The notes beneath the pieces were generated by a model. The model was not told where the DNA came from. It saw only the letters and a program-made list of their open reading frames with translations, and ran no database searches. Shown here in pieces: positions 12,164 to 21,359 of a DNA stretch of 33,242 nt; position 1 is the stretch's first letter, and every line of letters begins with the position of its first letter. A program made the translations under genes and the position numbers. Source of the stretch: Octopus bimaculoides. Taxonomy: Eukaryota. The stretch spans positions 27,416,492-27,449,733 of the forward strand of contig NC_069000.1 of assembly GCF_001194135.2 (NCBI RefSeq). Reading direction: 5' to 3'.

Positions 12164-12231
12164 GTAAGATAGCAGTAATTTCAATTTAGAGGAAGGTAGC
12201 TTCCTCTAAATTGAAATTACTGCTATCTTAC
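12164..12231. repeat. perfect 32-bp inverted repeat with a 4-nt loop, ending exactly at an N gap
   Basis: GTAAGATAGCAGTAATTTCAATTTAGAGGAAG-GTAG-CTTCCTCTAAATTGAAATTACTGCTATCTTAC. Confidence 0.95.
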
Positions 12232-12649
12232 NNNNNNNNNNNNNNNNNNNNNNNNNNNNNNNNNNNNNNNNNNNNNNNNNNNNNNNNNNNNNNNNNNNNN
12301 NNNNNNNNNNNNNNNNNNNNNNNNNNNNNNNNNNNNNNNNNNNNNNNNNNNNNNNNNNNNNNNNNNNNNNNNNNNNNNNNNNNNNNNNNNNNNNNNNNNN
12401 NNNNNNNNNNNNNNNNNNNNNNNNNNNNNNNNNNNNNNNNNNNNNNNNNNNNNNNNNNNNNNNNNNNNNNNNNNNNNNNNNNNNNNNNNNNNNNNNNNNN
12501 NNNNNNNNNNNNNNNNNNNNNNNNNNNNNNNNNNNNNNNNNNNNNNNNNNNNNNNNNNNNNNNNNNNNNNNNNNNNNNNNNNNNNNNNNNNNNNNNNNNN
12601 NNNNNNNNNNNNNNNNNNNNTCCGTTTTTCCCTTCTTTGGACTTTCCTT

Positions 12650-12684
12650 GTTTCCGACGAAGAGCTCCGCTCGAAACGTCATAC
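12650..12684 (+). ncRNA. degenerate minimal type I hammerhead ribozyme motif in a probable PLE terminal repeat (about 12621-12780)
   Basis: CCGACGA (core with U4 changed to C), A, stem II GAGC-TCC-GCTC, GAAA, CG, GUC triplet. Stem I GTTT/ATAC is imperfect. Confidence 0.6.
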
Positions 12685-12781
12685 TCTCTCTCTTTCCTTT
12701 CCCGAGCGTCTAGTAACACAATCTGTATCACGTCCTCACGTTGTTTTTTGTTGTTGTTTTTTGTCTTTTTCCCTATTTTTG

Positions 12782-12816
<35 letters not shown>

Positions 12817-13277
12817 CATACACATGCGTATATACGCGTGAGTCGTCTAAGAGTCCATAATTCAGGGAAAAGATGCACTCGTATATCTGTCAACAGAGTG
12901 GATGTATTATCCGAAATGGGCACTATTATATATCCATCACGACTGATCTTACCAATCGGTTTAGCACAAGGAATACAATGGAATGTTAGGTAACAATTTG
13001 ATTATATAACCTTACACTCATCAGAGTAGCCGATATGGCAGGGAATATGGCGACTATTCTCTATTGTCGGAGGTGAATTGACACATCCGGTTTGCGGTTG
13101 CTGTGGAAAGAGTGGTGAAACGAAAACGGACAGGAGATTAGATTAGGAGTTGTGTCCCTTGGTTGGATTCGCTGCAAAGCCGGTAAGAGTTATCTTGAAG
13201 TGTTTGTGGGAAGTGTGTGCGTTAAGTGTGGTACTCCTGTGGGGATGGGGTTTGTGATATATGTAGTGGTGTCATAT

Positions 13278-13660
13278 ACTCTTTTACTTTGTGGCCATGC
13301 TGGAGCACCGCCTTTAATCGAGCTTATCGATCCCAGGACTTATTCTTTGTAAGCCTAGTACTTATTCTATCGGTCTCTTTTGCCAAACCGCTAAGTTATG
13401 GGGACGTAAATACACCAGCATCGGTTGTCAAGTGATGTTGCGGGGACAAACACAGACACACAAACATATACACACACATACATACATACATATATATATA
13501 CATATATACGACGGGCTTTTTTCAGTTTCCGTCTACCAAATCCACTCACAAGGCTTTGGTCCGCCTGAGGCTATAGTAGAAGACACTTGCCCAAGGTGCC
13601 ACTCAGTGGGACTGAACCCGGAACCATGTGGTTCGTAAGCAAACTACTTACCACATATGC
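13278..13660 (-). mobile_element. SINE family A, near full length: tRNA-derived head, CORE-like segment, internal microsatellite and 3' module
   Basis: Minus strand reads TGGTAAGTAGTTTGCTTACGAACCACATGGTTCCGGGTTCAGTCCC (B-box-like), GGCACCTTGGGCAAGTGTCTTCTAC (CORE-like), a TA/TG tract, then the module seen at 5972-6154. Confidence 0.88.
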
Positions 13661-13699
13661 ATAGTTTTTTTTTTTCTGGGGGTGTAGGTATGTATAATT

Positions 13700-14750
13700 G
13701 TGTTACCCCTGCATGAGCATCCTGCCTCTGTGTCGGGTCAGGGCATACCTACTAAAATCTTTTTTACACCAGGTGCACATCTAAAAAATATTCTCAGGGT
13801 ATGTCTATTAAATATTTTGTTGAATCTATTTGTGCGGGGGGATATGTTTATCAATTAATCTAAGGAAGATGTTACCTACTTTGGTCTTAGCAAGAGAAGG
13901 GCGGCGTGAACCACAACACTTTCCGGTGACACTTTCTTTTAGGCGGGGGACTAGGGTCTGGCGTGTAACTAATACTATCCTTGAAACCGCTGGCAGCCAG
14001 AGCGCGGTTGTAGTACGGGGCAGCAGCATCAAAAATCTCTGTTCTTGAAGATAAACTAGAGAGTTTCTTGCTGACGCCCTTAACCAGGTTCTGGAACAGA
14101 AAACTGTGTTAATGTATGATAGCCTCTCATTTGGTTTCCTAAAGGGCCTATAGGCACCAGATTCCAAGTCCAGGATCACGTCAAGGAAATCTACTGTTTT
14201 CAGCTTGCTTTCTATTGTGACCTTCAGTCCAACAGAGTTCATGGTACCTGAGAGGTCCTTTCTGAGGCTATCCAGCGTGTTGCCGTTAGCCCCTCTTGAT
14301 ATTGCTAGCGCGTCAACCCTGTTGAGGCAAAAGCTAGATGAAAGGAATTTCTTTTTGAGTATATCTAGGATGAAGGTACCCATTGCTATCTCGAAGGAGC
14401 CCTCTGGGTCAGTACGTTTGACCAAAGCCGACCCCTTACTGAAGAGTAGGGTTCTACTGGCATGCATGATGATGCGTATGTCATCATCGCTGACTTCAGT
14501 GTAGGTCGTAGCGAAGTCCAGTTCCATTAACAGGAGCTTCCTTGATATAGATAGGTAGAAATCCACTATATCAAATTGGATAAACCTAGCTCCACCCCTA
14601 CTGCTATTGGTTTTAAACCATGTAATGACTCCGTAGGTGTTGCGCCATAGGGCGAAGTCAGAGGCGTTTTTAACGCCGTTATTGATCTTTCTGATGAGTC
14701 GTTTGCTCACCTGTCCGATCTCAGATTTCACAGGGTTTGGCCGGTTCATA
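13700..14750 (-). pseudogene. Penelope-like element reverse transcriptase plus linker fragment
   Basis: NPVKSEIGQVSK..WRNTYGVITWFK..FIQFDIVDFY..FEIAMG..LNRVDALAI (YRDD degenerate)..VDFLDVILDL..FRKPN. After frameshifts: RKVLWFTPPFS, VGNIFLRLIDKH, NKIFNRHT and a CSCR linker. Confidence 0.9.
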
Positions 14751-14949
14751 GGGTTACCCAGGGTTAGGTGTCCATAAAGCGCTTAGCTTTACATACGTCT
14801 CATCAGACCCTAATGGCCGGTGGCCTATATAACTCACACGCACACGCACATACACACACACATATATATATATATATAAAGTTATAAAGAATATGAGGGG
14901 TTTAGTTCACTGGTGATCTAAGCGAATAGGTACACTGTGTAAGTGCTAT

Positions 14950-15500
14950 AATTGGTCATCTGTCAGGTTCCAAGTTGAGGCTGGAGCAAGGAATCCGTAG
15001 TAGGCTTCTGAGTTGGCAGGGGAAAGAACAACAAAAACCAAGGAAGGACGAGTGTCTCAAGTCATTTACAATATTTAATTAGAGTAAGGTGAATCTGAGG
15101 TAATTAATCAATAAGTTAATTAATTAATTAATTATTTGATGTCTTACAGCTATTTCTGGGATATACCAAGTGATAGGTTAACATCTCCATACACTGGGTA
15201 TTCTGTCATCAGAGACAAGATATGTATGAAAGTTCTAGACAGGGAATTTACAGTTTATAAAGGAATAAAATAGTAGATAGAAGAATAAAGAGTAAAACGG
15301 TAGATAGAAGAATACAGACAAGAGAATAAAATTCACAACTCATCGTCTTCCAGAGGGTATGGAGGTTGGTCCGTACTTCCGTACTTCTACTGTTTTACTC
15401 TTTATTCTATCTGGGACATTCCACCAGTATTCTTTTTATTATGAGCGGCTATGGCTTCTACCATATTGTGGGTTTTTATTTCTTTGCCCTCGGGATTATC
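14950..15500 (-). mobile_element. 3' fragment or terminal repeat of another Penelope-like element
   Basis: A broken minus-strand frame IEIRWKDNPEGKEIK.. resembles a PLE endonuclease tail and is followed by a hammerhead motif at 15140-15217. Boundaries are approximate. Confidence 0.6.
15140..15217 (-). ncRNA. type I hammerhead ribozyme with extended stem II and near-palindromic stem III
   Basis: Minus strand: TGTCT-CTGATGA-[CAGAATACCCAGTG..CACTTGGTATATCCCA]-GAAA-TAGCT-GTA-AGACA. Stem I TGTCT/AGACA is perfect; predicted cleavage after GUA, between 15145 and 15144. Confidence 0.82.
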
Positions 15501-15531
15501 CTTCCAACGGATTTCAATGTATGTATGTATG

Positions 15532-15989
15532 TAGGCTCAGACTTAGCTATATGGTAAGAAGTTTGCTTCCCAACCACATGGTTCCAGACTCAGCTCCGCT
15601 CCGCTGCATGGTACTATGGGTAAGTGTCATCTACTACATAACCTTGGGCCGATCAAGCCTTGTGAGTTGATTAAGTAGATAGAAACCGAAAGACCGTCGT
15701 ATATGTGACTGTATGGGTTTGTGTGTGCGTGTGTGTGTATCTCAGTATGTGTATGTGTTTGTGTGTGTAATTGTGTATGTGCGTGGGTGGGGGTGTGTGC
15801 GTGTCTCCCACCATTGTTTTACAACCTGCGTTGGTGTGTTTACTTTCCTGTAACTTAGCGTCTCGGCAAAGTGACCGATAAAATAGGAGCAGGCTTTAAA
15901 ATGAAAATAAGTTCTAGTGTCGGTTCGTTCGACTCAAATTTCTTCAAGGTAATGTCCCAGCTTGACTGCAACAAGTAAAAGATAAAAGA
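15532..15989 (+). mobile_element. SINE family A, full-length diverged copy with an internal (TG)-rich spacer
   Basis: Head TGGTAAGAAGTTTGCTTCCCAACCACATGGTTCC, spacer at about 15700-15800, and a 3' module ending ACAAGTAAAAGATAAAAGA. Colinear with the reverse complement of 13278-13660. Confidence 0.88.
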
Positions 15990-15995
15990 CACGCG

Positions 15996-16000
<5 letters not shown>

Positions 16001-16076
<76 letters not shown>
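16001..16076. repeat. (TA)n microsatellite followed by a TG-rich tract
   Basis: Read directly; lies at the 3' end of the SINE A copy. Confidence 0.96.
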
Positions 16077-16089
<13 letters not shown>

Positions 16090-16165
16090 CATATATGTGT
16101 GTGTGTGTGTGTTTGTGTGTGTGTATGTGTGTGTGTATATATATCTGTGTGTATGTGTGTGTGTA

Positions 16166-17086
16166 CGAGGGAATACTCAAAAGAAACAGGTATTTTGCAA
16201 TATTATTTTATTCACTTAGTTTTAGATGTTTACATTTTTATCGCCTTCAAAGTATTCTCCATGTGAAGTAATGCATCGGTCCAGATGCGTTTCCCACTAT
16301 TCGAAGCAGTGCTGGAACTTTTGCAAAGTAATGCCTCTTAACGCCTCCGTGTTTTTTTTTTTTTTTTGTTTTTTTTACTTCAATTCTTCCACATCTACAA
16401 ATTCCGCAGCACCAGCTTTCGTCACCAGTGATGACCTTCGAAAAAAAGGTCCGGATCAACTTCCAGTTGTTCTCTCAGTTCACGACACGCATTCAGTCGT
16501 GACTGCTTTTGATCTACTGTGAGCAAGCGAGGCACAAATTTTGCTACAACCCTTTTCATTCTCGATTCCTCGCTCAAAATTCGTTGGTAGGAGCACCAGG
16601 ACACACCAGTCATATCAAGTTCGTCAACTGTTCGGTGACGGCCCTCCAAGATCAGTTCATGAATTTTCATGATGTTTTCGTTCGTGCGGGAGATCGACGG
16701 TCGCCCTGAACGAGGTTGGTCTTCAAGCGACAAGTGACCATTCTTAAAACCTGAAAACCACTCGTAAACTTGTGTTTTGCTCATTGCAGCGGCCTTGTAA
16801 GCTGTTTGAAGTATGACAACTGTTTCAGCCGCCGTTTTCCCCAGCAGAAAATAGAATTTCCCAGAAGCACACTGTTCCTTCGTTCAGCCATCGCAAGAAT
16901 ATACGAACAGGCGAGAAGCACTGCAAAACAAAGACGCACCACGTGACAGTATGACCGCATCGGACATCGCCGGTCGGCAGACTTACGCCCGAAGATGACC
17001 TCAAGTGGCTTCTAGCGGTGAAAGCCTGAACTACAACGGGTTTGTCCCACAGAGAACGTTTCCAGCTATTTTTGAGTACCCCTTCG
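16166..17086 (-). mobile_element. internally deleted mariner with both TIRs and a TA target-site duplication
   Basis: Left end TA|CGAGGGAATACTCAAAA and right end TTTTGAGTACCCCTTCG|TA. Transposase pieces: VYEWF..QPRSGRP..AKFVPRLLT..ITGDESWC, then directly FVDVEELK..FQHCFE*W..RCITSHGEYFEGD. Confidence 0.92.
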
Positions 17087-17302
17087 TATATAAGGTAGAA
17101 AGTCTTATAACATTCTGATGGGAAAAAGTGTATTTGCAAGCTAAGTAAAAGACGACCGATATCTAAAGCTTAGTTAGAAGCTTAGCTTAGTTTAGAAGAT
17201 TAGTTCAGGGGATTAAAAATAAAATGACAAATTGAATATAATTGTAAGAGATTTAAATATATATATTGATTACAAGAAAGAAAGAAAGAAAGAAAGAAAG
17301 AA

Positions 17303-17402
17303 CCAGACTTTAAAAAATAAGTACTGGGACAATTCATTCCACTGAAAATTTTTCAAGGCAGTGCCCCAGCATGGCCGCAGTCCAATTACTCAAAGAAGTA
17401 AA
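17303..17402 (+). mobile_element. SINE family A, short 3' tail fragment after (GAAA)n
   Basis: CCAGACTTTAAAAAATAAGTACTGGG..TTCAAGGCAGTGCCCCAGCATGGCCGCAGTC matches the family A 3' module. Confidence 0.82.
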
Positions 17403-17519
17403 AAATATATATACAAAAAGGATAACTGATGGATAAGGCTTCAAAAATATATAAAAACATTTTTTTAAATATGTTGAAAATGAATGAACCCAACTGGAAA
17501 TGTATGTGCATAATATTGG

Positions 17520-17694
17520 TTTCAAATTTTGGTTCAGAAATTTTGTGGGAGGGGATAAGATGATTACAACGTCCCCAGTGCTCAACTAGTAGCTATTTTA
17601 TCGACCTCTGGGATATTTGAAGTCAGAACGTAAAGTCAAAAGAAATTTCGGTAAACATATTGTCCGGCGCGGTATTCTGCCAGCTCGTCACCTT
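17520..17694 (-). mobile_element. SINE family B, copy 1 (internally deleted)
   Basis: ..TTTTATCGACC..TTTGAAGTCAGAACGTAAAG..ATTCTGCCAGCTCGTCACCTT is homologous to 17736-17939 and to the reverse complement of 25940-26104. Confidence 0.8.
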
Positions 17695-17735
17695 ATGTGC
17701 GTGTGTGTGCATGTGCATGCGCTCGCGCATAATAT

Positions 17736-17937
17736 TGATTTCGAATTTTGGCACAAAGCCAACAGTTTGAGGGGAGGGGATAAGTCGATTATATCGACCC
17801 TAGTACTCATTTTATCGAGTCCGAGAGGATGAAAAGCAAAATCGATCTTGGCGGTATTTGAAGTTAGAACGTAAAGACGGGCGAAATGCTGCTAAGCATT
17901 TTGAGCGGTGTACTAACGATTCTGCCAGCTCGTCACC

Positions 17938-17939
<2 letters not shown>
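17736..17939 (-). mobile_element. SINE family B, copy 2 (near full length, tRNA-like head)
   Basis: Minus strand begins AAGGTGACGAGCTGGCAGAATCGTTAG (A-box-like TGGCAGAATCG), with a degenerate B-box region (TTCTAACTTCAAATACC; GAGTTCAAATTC in the 25940 copy). Confidence 0.82.
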
Positions 17940-17987
<48 letters not shown>

Positions 17988-19424
17988 GTGTGTGTGTGTG
18001 CGTGCGTGCGCATAATATCAATATTATATCACTCTATCCGGCTATCTAACCATCAAGCTATTTAATATATCTGTCCATTTATCATTAAGTTGTAAAAGAC
18101 ATTATTTGAATGAGACATGTATTGTATTTTAATTTGTAGCTTGCTTAATTAAGAAAGGTCCGATTGATAATGAGTGAGTTGAAATTTGTTTGTATTTTTG
18201 TTCTTTAAACACGCAAGCAACATACTAAACCACGTATTTTTAGACAATGTAAATAAATTCTATCAGTATTTAAAAATTTTCTACCACAACTTTGTGTGAA
18301 CCAGTGTCCACGTTAATGTGTAGTGTGCGGTTGCGTGTTTGTGAGATGGAGAGAAAGAAACAGAAAGGGAGAAAATGAAATAGATCTGTATAGTGATTTG
18401 TAGACGACTCCATGCATGTACACGTATATACACATAGGTGACTAAATGTAGATGACTATATTTGATAACCCTATCTATTTAGCATATTCATGCATGATAA
18501 TTTTCATAACACTGGCAACATGTCACGAATGTAAAGGGAGAGGAAAAAATTGAGAATGGGTTATCGTGTATTTCCCACTGATACTAACTGCATGATGAGT
18601 GTGGACTATAAAGAATGGAAATTGGTTTGCCTCTTTTAAGACCATCGTTACCTCATGAAAAATGTACGTCTTTTTAGTGCTATTATTATGCTGTTGATCA
18701 TCTTGCTTTGATAATTTATTACACTATTACAGTGGCTACAAATTTGTAGGGGGGCTACTATGATAAAGCTGATTAAATGGACATAAGTAACATGTCTGAT
18801 GCTTATATCAGACACATCAGGGAGCCTCTTTCTGCATATGGAAATTCCTTCAAATCATACCCAAATGTCTTTTAGAAATACTGCACATTTTGAACAATGT
18901 AGTCTTAAATATACATTCAAAAGGACCTGTGAGGGCATGCGGACCTACAGTGCATTCAGTTCATATGTGTTTGCTGTAGTCAAAGGTATATTACATTTAA
19001 GGAGGGAGCCAATTTGGCTACGGTACAGGGCAGTTGAGATAGTCACGTCTACATAATGAGAACTGATGAACAACAACTACAATAATTTATTTCGTTATCA
19101 CAAGGTATCAGATTTATAAGAGATGGAGGGCAGCAGTGGAGTAAGTAGAAAGGTGCGACATTCGTTGTTTTCTAATGCGGAGAAAAATTATGTAAATGAA
19201 ATCTTTTCATCAGAAACAGTTGTGAACTCAACTCAGCTGAAATTTACACCTTGCTCTACAACATTCGTCACCTGATCACATATATAATCGATATTAATTG
19301 TTGTTGATCAACTACGAGCCAAATGTGTGTACATGTATAGGAGAATAGTCAAGTGAACAAGCCGATCTATTATTTCTAACAGCCATGGGCGCAGGAGAGT
19401 ATACTTGCTTATGTCGCCTGCCTT

Positions 19425-19677
19425 AGCTAGTATTTCATTCCATCGACCTAGGAAGGATGAAAGGCAAAGTCGATCTCGGTGGGATTTGAATGGATCATAA
19501 TGATTTCTGATTTAGATACAAGACCGTCTACTTTGGTTGGTACTTATTTTATCGACATCGAAAGGATGAAACATAAAGTTGGCCTCAACGAGATTTGAAC
19601 TTATAACGTAAAGAATCGAAATATCTTAAAATCTTTCCTGCAATTCTCTGGTGTTCCTGCTAACTCCCTCCCTTTGA
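19425..19677 (-). mobile_element. two tandem degraded SINE family B fragments
   Basis: ATCGACCTAGGAAGGATGAAAGGCAAAGTCGATCTCGG..GATTTGAA, and again TACTTATTTTATCGACATCGAAAGGATGAAA..GATTTGAACTTATAACGTAAAG. Confidence 0.72.
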
Positions 19678-20056
19678 CACTCTATAATAATGTTCCAAAT
19701 GGAACACAGAAGCACATGTCCTGTGCTTTTGTATTATTGGGGGGGGGGGATATTGGGCTAATATCTAGTTTAACACCCCGCCACCAAAACAAAGAAAAAA
19801 ACAGGTGTAACAGGTATAATAAAATGTGTAGTAAACGAATCTGAAAATCAAAATTTGCGTAAATGACCCGAGGGTGGAGAGAAGACTTTCGGAAAATTCA
19901 CACGATCCAATTTTTTCCCCATAACTTTCAGGAAAATGGATATCTTTTAATGAAATTTTATGTAAATACCTTTCAAACAGCATAAATTACGATTATAAAG
20001 AAACACACACACACACATACACATATATATAAATATATACATACACAGACATATAT

Positions 20057-20303
20057 CGTTATATGTTCATGTGTATGTGTATGTATACGTATATATGAAT
20101 ACATCCTCATTATTAGTACTATTTTGTTAAGCGCATATAGTAGACATTATGAACTGTGAATAAAGCGAATACGTAGAGTGTGTATCACTCCGCTATACAT
20201 ATACAGTTGTAAATATGCCAAGTAAATAAACACGTAGAATCATAATAACGCTTTCAATGAATTGTTTTATTGTCCCAACACAAAGCAAAGAATATATAAA
20301 ACA
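20057..20303 (+). repeat. 5' LTR of the Mag-like Gypsy element
   Basis: CG(TG)TTATATG...ATAAAACA, aligning to 23761-24000 with roughly 18-20 substitutions plus small indels by eye. Confidence 0.93.
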
Positions 20304-20314
20304 TGGTGGCAGCG
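20304..20314 (+). promoter_or_regulatory. primer binding site, tRNA-Leu-type
   Basis: TGGTGGCAGCG immediately after the LTR is complementary to the recalled tRNA-Leu 3' end ...CGCTGCCACCA. Confidence 0.8.
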
Positions 20315-20439
20315 ATAAATACTTAATCGAAAACCGTGCTATTACAACAAAACAGGAACACAACAAACCTGAATTTAACAAACTGAATATCGCTTCGTCT
20401 TTGGACACATGCGAGAATCCGAAATAGCGTCCCCCGTCG

Positions 20440-21150
20440 CCGTACAGATGAATCTTGATCTGACCATGAATTTAGATGCTGATGATGTCGTAGAAACATT
20501 CAAGAAATTCAAACAGAAAAGTCAAATTGCTTTCAAAAGTTCCTGAAAGGTTCAACTGCCGACGAAAAGTAAGCTACATCCTTTTATGGATGGGAGAGAA
20601 GGGCTTAGACCTATTCAATAGTTGGGACATGTCAGAATCGGATTTCAGTAATCCAGACACACTTTTAGAGAAATGTGAAAGATACCAAGAGCCCAGATCA
20701 AACCACAGAATTCATAGGTACGAATTCCAGGGTCTGAAACAAGACCCACAAGAAACAATTAACAACTTCCTGTCCAGACTTAAGAATGTTGCCGAGAAAT
20801 GCAGATTCAAAGACAAGGACGAAAGGATTGTTGATCAACTCATATGGGGGTGTGCTCATAAAGAAGTCCAAAAATCCCTCATAGGTAAGGACGCTCTCCA
20901 GTTGATAGAAGCAGTTGACACTGCAAGAGTATTTGAAGCCATTACAAAACAAATGACCTCACCTTTCAAACAAAAACAATAGGCAGCGGTGTAGATATTG
21001 TCTCTCGACAAAGGATGAAACATACACACAAGCAGAGAACATGCCAGTACTGTGGTACAGAGCATGAGTTCAATGACCGAAGGAAATGTCCTGCAATGCA
21101 TGTGGACAGCCCAACCACTGGGAAAAAATGTGTAGATAAACAAAATCTCA
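20440..21150 (+). pseudogene. Gypsy gag, frameshifted
   Basis: ETFKKFKQK..KVSYILLWMGEKG..RYEFQGLKQ..ETINNFLSRLK..CRF..IVDQLIWG..EVQKSL..ARVFEA, with a Zn-knuckle remnant CQYCGTEH..KCPA. Confidence 0.85.
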
Positions 21151-21359
21151 AATACAAGCCCCAGCTTTCAAAGAAGAGCGGAAAGAGAAGACAAGGAGAT
21201 GTACATGCCCAACAACAAGAAGAAAACACCTCAGAGGAGGAATTCTTGGCAGTTGGTACAATAAATGCACATGAGATGGGAAACGGCGGCAACCGAAAAA
21301 AAAATGAGGCATGCACAATACAAATCCAAAAGAAGTCAGGCAAGAAACGAATAAACATT

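Noticed and set aside
13014-13030. CTGATGA on the minus strand
   Set aside because: No downstream GAAA or stem geometry, so a chance match.
14770-14810. Fourth hammerhead at the head of the PLE RT fragment (CTGATGA-GAC GTAT GT-AAA)
   Set aside because: The GAAA core lacks its G and stem I does not pair. It could be a decayed ribozyme but is not supportable alone.
18560-19100. ORF 18799-19056 and neighbouring frames as a host exon
   Set aside because: No motif or consistent splice-site pair identified.
19760-19990. Fragment resembling DNA-transposon subterminal sequence
   Set aside because: The resemblance is vague, with no termini or second copy.
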